Assembly: GCA_043718025.1 (NCBI GenBank)
Contig: JAYSWN010000194.1
Span: 1-47,708 of the forward strand
DNA length: 47,708 nucleotides
Direction: 5' to 3'
Source of the DNA: Pseudomonadota bacterium
GTDB lineage: Bacteria > Bdellovibrionota > FAC87 > UBA2466
A program made the translations under genes and the position numbers. Shown piece after piece: positions 8,968 to 17,906 of the stretch. The notes below the pieces were generated by a model. It searched no databases. It saw only the letters and a list, made by a program, of their open reading frames with translations, and was not told the origin of the DNA. The first letter of the stretch is position 1, and every line of letters starts with the position of its first letter.

Positions 8968-10578
8968 ATGAAACGTCTGGTTGCGTGGTCGTTTGCTCTG
9001 TTACCGCTCTGCTTTATCGTCACCTGCTCGCTCAATGCATTTCGTCCGCTGGTTACGGTGCAGGTAAAATTACCTGTTTCTGCTTCGCGGACGGTCCGCG
9101 CGGGTCGGGCCCCTACGTTGCCAAAGTGCGTGGCGTTTAGCTTTACCGCTCCGGCGCTGGCCAATTCACTTTCGAGCGGTGAATTGCAAGGTTACTCCCC
9201 CACTTGCCTAAAATTGGTTGGGCTCGTCTCTTCTGCGGCGGCCGTGGGCACGGTGACCACCACCGGGGTAAGTTTAACCCTGCCCGCCGGTCAATATACG
9301 GTTACGCCAATTGGCATTGAAACCACCGCTGAGTGCAGTGATTTAACCAAAATTTTTGCGTCCGGCGTTCCCGAAGTTTACACGATGGGAGTTGCCACCA
9401 GCTTTGATACTGCGCAACGCGAGCACCGGGCGGTTTCTAATTATGATCCACTAACCGCCACCAATCTCGCCGCCGGCTGTGTGCCCGGTAGCTCCATTAA
9501 TGCAATTGCCGCGGGGGGCAAAACAACCTGCGCGGCGGTTGGGGGTGCTGCGAAATGCTGGGGGAACAATGAGTTCGGGCAACTTGGCAACAATTCCGGA
9601 GCAAGCTCACCTTCGCCTGTACCGGTCGTCGGTTTAACCTCGGGGGTTACGTCTTTAGCAACCGGTTCTTACGTTGGACACAGCTGCGCAGCTCACAACG
9701 GCGCGGCCAAGTGTTGGGGGGCTAACGGTAAAGGGCAACTGGGTATTGGCGAAATCTCCACCGTGCGGCTTACCCCGGTTCAGGTGCAGGGTCTCACCGC
9801 CAATGTCACTAGCGTGGTGGTGGGTTCTTTCGCCGGCCATTCGTGCGCCATTCAAAATGGGGCAGCTTACTGTTGGGGGGAAGGCGCCTTGGGGCAGCTT
9901 GGAGTCGGTGCCGGCGCCGACTCAAATATTCCAATCGCAGTTATTAACTTTGCATCTCAGGTCACCGCACTGCTAACAGGTTCTCAATATGGGCATACTT
10001 GTGGGGTTCAGAACCGCATTGCTTATTGTTGGGGAAGCAACGTGGCTGGGCAATTGGGTGATGGTTCGAACGTCGCCGCTTTTTCCCCAATTGCCGTAAA
10101 TGGACTGATGTCGGATGTGATTGGAGCGGCGAGTGGGTCAGGCTCGGCGCATTCCTGCGTAATTATGGACGGCGGCTTAGCCACGTGCTGGGGCGAAAAC
10201 ACTAGCGGCCAGCTTGGTAACGGTAATAATTACAGCCTAAATTATCCATCTAACGTTACGGGTTTGAATTCCGAGGTGACGGCCATGGCCTTAGGTTCGC
10301 GCGGTTTTACGTGCGCTATTCACCAGGGCGCCGCCAAGTGCTGGGGTGCCAACTCCTATGGCCAGCTGGGAAATAACTCGGGGGTCAATTCAAACCTAGC
10401 GGTTCAGGTGATTGGCCTCACTTCCGGAGTCACCGCGATTACGGCCGGTGAAGATCACGCCTGCGCCGTTCATAACGGCGCACTCAAGTGCTGGGGCGCC
10501 AATGACTTCGGGCAGCTCGGCGATGGCACTACGAACGGTTCGTCAATCCCAGTTTTAGTGACCGGCCTCAATCGGTAG
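8968..10578 (+). CDS. lipoprotein with an unnamed N-terminal domain and a 7-repeat RCC1/BLIP-II beta-propeller
   Basis: Seven CWG repeats (consensus CWGxNxxGQLG); signal ending IVT-C. Confidence 0.88.
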   Translation: MKRLVAWSFALLPLCFIVTCSLNAFRPLVTVQVKLPVSASRTVRAGRAPTLPKCVAFSFTAPALANSLSSGELQGYSPTCLKLVGLVSSAAAVGTVTTTGVSLTLPAGQYTVTPIGIETTAECSDLTKIFASGVPEVYTMGVATSFDTAQREHRAVSNYDPLTATNLAAGCVPGSSINAIAAGGKTTCAAVGGAAKCWGNNEFGQLGNNSGASSPSPVPVVGLTSGVTSLATGSYVGHSCAAHNGAAKCWGANGKGQLGIGEISTVRLTPVQVQGLTANVTSVVVGSFAGHSCAIQNGAAYCWGEGALGQLGVGAGADSNIPIAVINFASQVTALLTGSQYGHTCGVQNRIAYCWGSNVAGQLGDGSNVAAFSPIAVNGLMSDVIGAASGSGSAHSCVIMDGGLATCWGENTSGQLGNGNNYSLNYPSNVTGLNSEVTAMALGSRGFTCAIHQGAAKCWGANSYGQLGNNSGVNSNLAVQVIGLTSGVTAITAGEDHACAVHNGALKCWGANDFGQLGDGTTNGSSIPVLVTGLNR

Positions 10579-10583
10579 TGCCA

Positions 10584-11408
10584 TCAAAAATCAAAGTTGA
10601 GCTGGTCTTGCCTTTCGCCCACCGCTCTTTCCGTAGCGCCGTGCAACGTCATTATGTCGGTAGCCGCCTCGCGGCTGGTGACCTGAATGGAAAGTTTTTT
10701 TCCTAAAACTTTTCGGTGCAGCGCAAGCGCTTTGCGGGGCGAATTATTTTTGTCGGAAAGGTGCGCCAAGCTCAACCATTGCAGTCTATCGGTGGCGCTG
10801 TTTTCCACCAGCTCCGCCGCCTCACGGTTTGAAATGTGGCCGCGAGATCCGCTAATCCGTTCTTTGAGTCTGGCCGGGTAAGGGCCGCGGGCCAGCATGT
10901 CAGGATCGTAATTGCTCTCGAGAAATAGGCCGTCTACGCTTTTGACCACGCTCTTTAAGTCGTCAAACACATGGCCTACGTCGGTACAAATCGCCAACCG
11001 CTGAGTGCCATCATCCACCACAAAGACAACGCCATCCGCTGCGTCGTGCGGAGTGCGAATGGTTTCTACGGTAAGGTGCTGCACTTTCACCGATTGCCCC
11101 GAGCGAAAAGTTTGCAGATCAATGTTTTTAGTAGAGTGGATTGCCCGGCGCGACGCGTAGAGCGTGGGCTCAGTAATAAACAGCGGCACCTTAAATTTTC
11201 GAGCGTAAACACCGGCGCAGCGAACGTGATCGTAGTGGTCATGCGAAATAAAAAGGGCGTCGGCGCCATCGGCACTGCGGCCGTAGGTGGCCAGCCGTTC
11301 GGTCACCCTCAAGGCGCTAAGGCCGGCGTCAAATAGCAGGCGAACCCCTTGGCTTTCTACGTAAATGCAGTTGCCGCTGCTGCCCGATTGAAGTGAGATC
11401 AAAATCAT
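10584..11408 (-). CDS. MBL-fold metallo-hydrolase (YycJ/WalJ/PhnP-like)
   Basis: SGSSGN, HDHYDH, LESNYD, GHISN and AHLS. Confidence 0.9.
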   Translation of the reverse strand: MILISLQSGSSGNCIYVESQGVRLLFDAGLSALRVTERLATYGRSADGADALFISHDHYDHVRCAGVYARKFKVPLFITEPTLYASRRAIHSTKNIDLQTFRSGQSVKVQHLTVETIRTPHDAADGVVFVVDDGTQRLAICTDVGHVFDDLKSVVKSVDGLFLESNYDPDMLARGPYPARLKERISGSRGHISNREAAELVENSATDRLQWLSLAHLSDKNNSPRKALALHRKVLGKKLSIQVTSREAATDIMTLHGATERAVGERQDQLNFDF

Positions 11409-11462
11409 TGGATCGTAAGATTACTTTCAGCGAGTTTGCAGAACAAAGGCAAGCCCGTGCGC

Positions 11463-12206
11463 CTACTTTTGCGATCGCCGCGCCGACTCATACATGAGCA
11501 CCGCGGCCGATACGCTTACGTTGAGCGATTCAATTTTACCCAGCATGGGAATGCGCACGCGCACATCGCATTCCGCCGCCAAGCTTTGGCTAATGCCATC
11601 GCCCTCGGCCCCCAGCACAAAAAACACCTTTTCAAAGTCGGGCATCTTCGCAAGATCGGTAGAATCAGCGGCCAACATGGTGGCTACACTCCAAAATCCT
11701 TCTTCCTTTAACTTTCGAACGGCATCCTTCAAATTAGAAACGCGCACGATTGGCACCGTCTCCACGGCCCCTACCGAGGCTTGGTAAACTGCCGGAGTGA
11801 CGGCCACCGAACGCTCTTTGGGAATCAAAATCGCCGAGGCACCAAACGCTTCGGCCGATCGGCAAATGGCGCCAAAATTCTGGGGGTCTTGTAAATGATC
11901 AAGCCCCAGCACTACCGCGCGTTTCTGTTTATGCAGTTTGGGCAAAAGGGCGGCGAGCTCGGTGTACTCAAATTTTTTAACCCAGCCTTTGGCGCCACCG
12001 GCCTCGTTGGGAAGGCGATCGAAATCAACCTTTATTCCGTTTGCCGCGGCCACCTGCGCTAGGCGCGCCGCTCGACTTCCTCGGTCACCGCTTTTGACGA
12101 TTGTCAGCCGAATGATGCGGTCGGGGCGGTGTTGCGCAATGTGCTCCAGCGCCGACAACGAGGTGACGGCGGTGACGTCAATTTCACCCCTTTCTGCCTT
12201 GCTCAT
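11463..12206 (-). CDS. rlmB: 23S rRNA Gm2251 2'-O-methyltransferase (TrmH/SpoU family)
   Basis: LQDPQNFGAICRSA, GAEGDG and IPMLGKIESLNVS. Confidence 0.88.
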   Translation of the reverse strand: MSKAERGEIDVTAVTSLSALEHIAQHRPDRIIRLTIVKSGDRGSRAARLAQVAAANGIKVDFDRLPNEAGGAKGWVKKFEYTELAALLPKLHKQKRAVVLGLDHLQDPQNFGAICRSAEAFGASAILIPKERSVAVTPAVYQASVGAVETVPIVRVSNLKDAVRKLKEEGFWSVATMLAADSTDLAKMPDFEKVFFVLGAEGDGISQSLAAECDVRVRIPMLGKIESLNVSVSAAVLMYESARRSQK

Positions 12207-12892
12207 CCGAGAAGCTGCTCAACCGCGGCGCGAGGTTCGCGTGCATTTAAGATGGGCCGGCCAACGATCAGGTAGTCGGCTCCCCACTCAAGGGCCTGCT
12301 TGGGGGTGGCGACGCGCGCTTGATCTTCTTCCTCAATAGCCTTGCCGGCGGGGCGAATACCGGCCACCGCAAATTGAAAGCCGGCTACCGTATTTGGTTT
12401 CACGGTTTTTAATTCGTTGGGTGAACACAATATCCCCGACAAGCGGCTTTCGATCGCAATTTGTGCCAGCCTCTCCACCGTGACTTGATGAGACTCTTGG
12501 TGACCAAAAGTCTCCATGTCCATTTCCGCCATGGAGGTGATCAGCGTAATACCAAACAGGCGAACATTGGTTCCGCGGCAGCCCCGGCCCGCGGCCTCAA
12601 GCATTTTGCGGCCGCCGATGCAATGTACCGTGGCGCAGTCAACGCCCAAGTCACCGTAGCTTCGCACCGTACGGTAAACGACGTTAGGGATGTCTAAGAT
12701 CTTTAAGTCTAAAAAAATCTTTTTGCGCCGTTTGTGAAGGTGGCGAATCAACTCGACCCCTTCCTGCGCGTAACTCATCGGCCCTAGCTTGTACCATTCG
12801 ACCAGGTCGCCCAATTCATCGACCAAACGAAAAGCTTTTTCGTGGTTTTCGTAGTCGAGAGCTACGATCAGTTTGTCTTTAATGGATTGCAC
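12203..12892 (-). CDS. pyrF: orotidine-5'-phosphate decarboxylase
   Basis: IVALD, DLKILDIPN, DQARV and IVGRPI; 4-bp overlap with rlmB. Confidence 0.9.
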   Translation of the reverse strand: MQSIKDKLIVALDYENHEKAFRLVDELGDLVEWYKLGPMSYAQEGVELIRHLHKRRKKIFLDLKILDIPNVVYRTVRSYGDLGVDCATVHCIGGRKMLEAAGRGCRGTNVRLFGITLITSMAEMDMETFGHQESHQVTVERLAQIAIESRLSGILCSPNELKTVKPNTVAGFQFAVAGIRPAGKAIEEEDQARVATPKQALEWGADYLIVGRPILNAREPRAAVEQLLG

Positions 12893-12893
12893 G

Positions 12894-13931
12894 TCAGTTT
12901 ACTCCCACTCGTTTGGCCAGCACTTCACTTTCGGTCAAAGTGCGTGCCGCCGAAAAAACAAAGGCGCCATCGGAACTTTGGCCAGCAAATTTGTCTTTGG
13001 GGCCAATCTCAACTTTGCTGTAATACGCGATGAGCCCCGCCACCCACTCTTTTGCTTCGGGGGTGGTGTCGCCGAAGAGGCCCGCCTTTGGGCCGCGCCC
13101 GTCAATCATTTCGATAAAAATACCGCCGGCCTCCAGCGCCTTTTCTTGGAGGGTCGTGTTTTCGGTATGATTGCGTCCCAGACTCACTCTGGTTTTTGCC
13201 GAGATCCGGAAGTAGCGACCAAGGCCTAAGATTGCACTCTGTTTCACTTTTTGAATTTCGTTTTGAAAGGTGGGCTGATCAAAAAAGTCTTTGAGCCGTT
13301 TAGAAAAATTGGCGTCGGTGAGCAGGCAGCCGCCACCGGGCGAGGCGTACTCTTCAATCCCAAGGCTCTTGGCCAGGGCAATCTGTTCGCTGCGCCCACG
13401 ACCACTTATCTTTAAGAACGCATCGCGCTTTACCCAACCCTCTTTTTCCGGAATGGTTTCGTCGAGCCGACCGGCCGAAAGCGGGCGCACCACTAACCCT
13501 TCGACCGGGCTTTGGTGATCGATCATCGTAAACGCGTGCCGGTGTTGCGACATCGGCCGTTGGCCCAGCACTTCGCCCGTAACCAAAAAATCAGCGCCCA
13601 ATTCATGGCGAACCACATCGGCAAGTTGAAACATGAAGACGCGGCAATCGATGCACGGATTCATATTTTTGCCGTAACCAAACCGGGGATTTTCAACTAG
13701 GTCTAAATAAGCGGGCCCTTTTTCTTTAAAGATGAGTTCAATACCAACCGCATCGGCCGCTTTTTGTACGTCATCGCGGCAGCCGAAAGGCGAGAGCAAA
13801 TGCAGGCCGATGACCTCAATGCCTTGGTCTTTCACCATGAGCGCGGCAAGTTGGCTATCAAGTCCGCCCGAAATCAGAGCGATCGCCCGGCGTCGCGGAG
13901 AAGGCGTTTGGGGAAAATTGGCGCTGTTCAT
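12894..13931 (-). CDS. PP-loop tRNA sulfurtransferase-like protein (ThiI/MnmA-like, DUF814-type)
   Basis: SGGLDS, NPCIDCR, GEVLGQRPMSQ and GGGCLLT. Confidence 0.8.
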   Translation of the reverse strand: MNSANFPQTPSPRRRAIALISGGLDSQLAALMVKDQGIEVIGLHLLSPFGCRDDVQKAADAVGIELIFKEKGPAYLDLVENPRFGYGKNMNPCIDCRVFMFQLADVVRHELGADFLVTGEVLGQRPMSQHRHAFTMIDHQSPVEGLVVRPLSAGRLDETIPEKEGWVKRDAFLKISGRGRSEQIALAKSLGIEEYASPGGGCLLTDANFSKRLKDFFDQPTFQNEIQKVKQSAILGLGRYFRISAKTRVSLGRNHTENTTLQEKALEAGGIFIEMIDGRGPKAGLFGDTTPEAKEWVAGLIAYYSKVEIGPKDKFAGQSSDGAFVFSAARTLTESEVLAKRVGVN

Positions 13932-14174
13932 TTACCCAGAGTCATACTTGGGTTCCCTTGTCATATCAACGACTTCTGATCTTAAGGGCGAAAGTGTATA
14001 CCGCGTAAACACGCTAAGTCCATGAAACCAAGCGGTTAGTTGTGGTTTCGTAAAAACGGCTGCCCAAAGCTTGGGCGACGGTCAGGCTCGTGACCGGTGT
14101 AAACCCGCCAGAAAAGTGGGCACCGCGTTTGCAAACTTTAATAGTCAGGAGAGGTGTCGGGCGACGCCTTCAAC

Positions 14175-14693
14175 ATGATTATGAACACCAAGAATTTTCT
14201 CATCGCGATGCTACTTTTCTTAAGCCTTGCGGCCCAAGCCGAGAACCGGCCTACTTCGGGCAATCCGCTCCAATTTATTTCAGACTTGGGCCCCCCGGCA
14301 TTTAGCAACGCGGGTGGCGTGTTCTTACCTCTTTCAGTCGTCGACGGATTGAAACAGGGTTCAGTTTCTCCAATCATGCAATTTGTTTTGGTTCAGCACA
14401 CCATTAATTCGTGCACCAAAAACGTACTTTCGAAAACCCCGGGGATTCGCGATCCCTATACGGTGGCCTTGGCCACGTTTCAGTGGGGTGTTTGCTTTAT
14501 GACCTCGTGTTTAAAAAACGTTTTGCTTCTGCAAATGATTCCTCTGCTCTCCCAAAACTACGGTGACGCCACCGATCAGGCTTCGGCAAAGCAACAAGGC
14601 CTAGTGATGGCTCAGGCGTTTCAACGGCAAGAAGGCTGCGGCGCGCAGGGCGACGCCGGGATTGACCCCGCTATCCTCCAAGCCTTTCAATAA
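14175..14693 (+). CDS. secreted hypothetical protein
   Basis: Signal peptide ending AQA; four Cys. Confidence 0.65.
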   Translation: MIMNTKNFLIAMLLFLSLAAQAENRPTSGNPLQFISDLGPPAFSNAGGVFLPLSVVDGLKQGSVSPIMQFVLVQHTINSCTKNVLSKTPGIRDPYTVALATFQWGVCFMTSCLKNVLLLQMIPLLSQNYGDATDQASAKQQGLVMAQAFQRQEGCGAQGDAGIDPAILQAFQ

Positions 14694-14801
14694 ACGCAAA
14701 TTAATGCAGTAAGCCACCTACGTGGTAGCGGCTTGGCAAGCGCATGAACTTGCGCGCTGCGTGGTGAGCCAAGTTGTGGGATAATCGCGGGAAAGTAACC
14801 C

Positions 14802-15377
14802 ATGCAAAACCCACTCACCAAATTTCCTATTCAGGCGGGAATGCTTTCCTTTATGCTTCCCGGTTTGGGCCAGGTGTACCAGCGCCGTTTTGTCTGGGCG
14901 TTTCCTTTCTTCATTGCCCATGTCACCGCGCTTTCCTTTGCCAACTACCGGGTTTGGATTTTTGTACCGATGGTGATTTCGGCCTGGGACGCGCAACGCC
15001 AGCCAAACCAAAAGGCGGTGGAGTGGAACACGCGTACTTTCACCTATTTGGTGGCCGGGGGGATCGCTTTCTTTTCGGCATTTTCGCTCATGATCGATCG
15101 GGTGTTGCCTTTTCCGGCAATTGGAAAAATGACGGCCGTCGCCGACTTGCTGAGTGATCAAATTATTTCTTGCGCATTGGTGCGGGGAACCATGCCCAGC
15201 GCATTGGCACAATGTCCGGAAGTGGAAGCCAAATGGCGAAAAGATCCGTGGGGCACGCCGTTTCGATACGTGATTGTGGCTACCGGTTTTGAAATTCGCT
15301 CGGCTGGCCGTGACGGGCTGGATCAGACTGACGACGATTTTATATTCCACTTTCGGACACCGAGGTTCGAAAAATGA
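14802..15377 (+). CDS. membrane protein with a C-terminal T2SS GspG-like pseudopilin head domain
   Basis: KDPWGTPFRY...RSAGRDGLDQTDDD; N-terminal PGLGQVY TM region; no class III signal. Confidence 0.7.
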   Translation: MQNPLTKFPIQAGMLSFMLPGLGQVYQRRFVWAFPFFIAHVTALSFANYRVWIFVPMVISAWDAQRQPNQKAVEWNTRTFTYLVAGGIAFFSAFSLMIDRVLPFPAIGKMTAVADLLSDQIISCALVRGTMPSALAQCPEVEAKWRKDPWGTPFRYVIVATGFEIRSAGRDGLDQTDDDFIFHFRTPRFEK

Positions 15378-15419
15378 AGCGGTTTTTTGCTTTCTGGGGA
15401 AAAGAGTGAGGGGTAACTG

Positions 15420-16691
15420 ATGCCTAAAAGTGGCTACCTAACTATCGTTATCCTCGCGGGGCTGCTCTCCACGACGTGGTTAACCAATGGCATTTTGGCC
15501 CGTCAGCCGGACTTTATTTACCTTCCGCTCGCACTGCGTTTTTTATTCGGGGCCGCCACTCTATTTTTTCTGCCGCTAATCTTTTTAAAACGTTTGCCAC
15601 AAAGCTCTCTTCGCCTTCTGCACGCCGCCCTTTCGGTTTCAAGTCTCACGTATTTTTTGGCGCCTTTACTCCTGCAAATGTCGCTCGCCACGTTGCCCTC
15701 TGGTTTTGTGGGGTTGGCATTTTGCACGATTCCGATTTGGCTCACCATTGTGGTGAAGGGGTTTAGCAGCGAAAAATTTGCCGACTATTTTTTGGTGATA
15801 TTGGGGCTCGTCGTTGCCATGGTGGGCTGTTGGACCATTGCCGCGGACCGGGGAAACCCGCTAATGGCGTTGTTGTTTTTGACCTTGGCCTGCACTTTCC
15901 AGGTTTTTGGTATTTGGCTAAGCCGCCGTCTGTTTTGGCTACACTCGGCCCTTGATCTCAATTTTTGGGCAATGGTTTTAGCCGGCCTAGCGCACTTACT
16001 TTTGTCGTTAATTCAGGGGGAAGTGGTATCGGCCCGCTTTTATCTGCTACGTCCCGAAGTGGCGGTGCTTATTCTGTGGACCGGTTTCATTGGTACCGGC
16101 GTGTCCGCCTACCTATATCGGGTTGAGTCGATGACCCGCAACACGTTGGTGCTGCTCACCTTGCTGGTGCCAGCATTAAGCTTAATTCTTGGTTCTCTCG
16201 CGCTCGAAGAAACCCCGCTCAATATATTTACCGGTTCGGGCCTATTGATGGTTTTGTTTGTGTTAGGCAAAGAGTCGTTGCGGGGGATTCCCGCTTACTG
16301 GATGACGTTGCTGCTCAACAATGATCGGCGCCACGGCGATCGTCTCGTATGCTTACTCGACGGTTACTTGAAGCGACCAGGGGATACTCAACCGGCCCGG
16401 GTGCAAGTGATTAACCTCTCGATTGGCGGTATTGGCTTTCGCATGGACCGCGAACTGCCGGCGGGGGAGCGCATTATTCTTACTCTACCCATGGGACAAA
16501 ATTGGACTTCATTTACGCTAGAAGGCCGTATTGCCCACATTGAAAAAAGGGGGGTGAAAGATTTCCCCTTCTCGGGCGGAATTGAGTTTCAGAACCTAGC
16601 GGGATTCCGCCTGCAGTGCGTGGTGGAATTTCTGGCGCGCGTCTCCCGGGCCGAGGATGAGAGCGTTGGCATGTTTCAAAATCAAGAGTAG
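15420..16691 (+). CDS. EamA/DMT transporter fused to a PilZ domain
   Basis: About 10 TM with an LRF motif; C-terminal RHGDR (RxxxR) and NLSIGG. Confidence 0.85.
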   Translation: MPKSGYLTIVILAGLLSTTWLTNGILARQPDFIYLPLALRFLFGAATLFFLPLIFLKRLPQSSLRLLHAALSVSSLTYFLAPLLLQMSLATLPSGFVGLAFCTIPIWLTIVVKGFSSEKFADYFLVILGLVVAMVGCWTIAADRGNPLMALLFLTLACTFQVFGIWLSRRLFWLHSALDLNFWAMVLAGLAHLLLSLIQGEVVSARFYLLRPEVAVLILWTGFIGTGVSAYLYRVESMTRNTLVLLTLLVPALSLILGSLALEETPLNIFTGSGLLMVLFVLGKESLRGIPAYWMTLLLNNDRRHGDRLVCLLDGYLKRPGDTQPARVQVINLSIGGIGFRMDRELPAGERIILTLPMGQNWTSFTLEGRIAHIEKRGVKDFPFSGGIEFQNLAGFRLQCVVEFLARVSRAEDESVGMFQNQE

Positions 16692-17225
16692 CTACTTTTT
16701 GGGCCAGCCCTTGATATCCTTTGGTAGCGCGATCCATTTTTTTTCAACGCCGCAGTCGAGCATTGTGGTGCCCATGTAAGCGTTGGCCATCTCTTCGTCT
16801 TTCGGCTGCGTCCAAAAACCCTTTACCATCGGACAGTAGTAGAGTTTCCAGTCGGCGGTGAGGATAGCGTCTTCGCGAATTAATTCCATCAATCCGGCCT
16901 GAAGTTCAGCCACCATCGCGCGCCACTCCTTTTCCGTCTGCTTTTTCACCAAATACCCGAGCCCCTTTTCCAGGCGTTTTACTGAAAGAATTTGTTTGTG
17001 TTCGGGATTTTCCTTCAGCCATTCTGCCGTCGTCTTGAGGGCGTCGGAGGCGCTATTTTGCATTTCGTTAAATTTGTCGAACGCCAGGGCCGTCGAGGTG
17101 GCGTGTGCTTTTTCTATGACGCTTTTGAGCGCCACCGGCTCGGCTCGGGCAACGCCAGAAAATATTTCAATTGTCGATGCGATGAGTATGGCCAAGAAGC
17201 GCGAGGTACGTTTAGTTAGAATCAT
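16692..17225 (-). CDS. secreted DUF3347-like putative metal-binding protein
   Basis: YYCPM...WTQ...NAYMGTTMLDCG; start ATG at 17225 after GGAG. Confidence 0.75.
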   Translation of the reverse strand: MILTKRTSRFLAILIASTIEIFSGVARAEPVALKSVIEKAHATSTALAFDKFNEMQNSASDALKTTAEWLKENPEHKQILSVKRLEKGLGYLVKKQTEKEWRAMVAELQAGLMELIREDAILTADWKLYYCPMVKGFWTQPKDEEMANAYMGTTMLDCGVEKKWIALPKDIKGWPKK

Positions 17226-17288
17226 GTTGTCTCCTAGAGCGAAAGTTAACTTGAAGACCCCTTGAGGGTGCACTAGTTTAGCGGCGCT

Positions 17289-17843
17289 ATGCGATGCGCG
17301 ACACTCTTGATTATTCTTTTTGAATTGGCAAGCCCGAGGGGCCAAAATGCCCACGCGGCGGCGGCTGATTTCGTACGCCTCAACCTCATTGATTTCTCAA
17401 TCAAAATGCAGTTACCGCCAGACGCTGCGAAAGAATGCGTTCTCTTGAAGAGCACGGCCGAGGCCCTCTCTCGAGCCCAACAGGCAGCCAAATTGGTGGG
17501 GCATTCCCTCAAAGTACTCAGCTGCTATCGCCCCTTTTCCTCGACCCCCAAAATCGATGAAAATCTGCGGCGCGACTGGGCCCGCGGCAATACGGTAGAG
17601 GTGATTCTCACTGAGTCTGGCGGAGGGCCGGTGGCGCTTCCCGAGCCCCATGATCACGCCATTATGCTTTCGGCCAAGCAGTATAAAAAAGTGGAAGCCA
17701 AAAAGAATGTAGCTAAGCTTAATGCGCTGATGAATGCCGAGGGATTTGCGCCCGATCCCAAGGTGTGGTGGCGGTTTAGTTGGCTAAAAGCGGCCCAATC
17801 AGCGATCGAAGATTTTGCACCCGACTCTTTGCCCAAACGTTGA
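17289..17843 (+). CDS. VanX/DdpX (M15D) D-Ala-D-Ala dipeptidase homologue with lost zinc ligands
   Basis: LKVLSCYRP, WARGNTVEV and MNAEGF...VWWRF align with the family scaffold. Confidence 0.7.
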   Translation: MRCATLLIILFELASPRGQNAHAAAADFVRLNLIDFSIKMQLPPDAAKECVLLKSTAEALSRAQQAAKLVGHSLKVLSCYRPFSSTPKIDENLRRDWARGNTVEVILTESGGGPVALPEPHDHAIMLSAKQYKKVEAKKNVAKLNALMNAEGFAPDPKVWWRFSWLKAAQSAIEDFAPDSLPKR

Positions 17844-17906
17844 TTCCTAACTCAAATTCAATAAACTTCTCAATCGCTTCGGTTTGGGCGACAATCACCT
17901 AACATC

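Noticed and set aside
9500..10578. DNA repeats (tgctggggc...) as a CRISPR array or DGR
   Set aside because: They are degenerate, in-frame RCC1 protein repeats; I saw no cas or reverse transcriptase gene.
12203..12892. pyrF as a pseudoenzyme (DLKILDIPNV variant)
   Set aside because: The catalytic Asp-Lys-Asp residues are intact.
14718..15350. 210-aa minus-strand ORF and the many similar antisense or alternate-frame ORFs
   Set aside because: They shadow better-supported genes and have no recognisable motifs.
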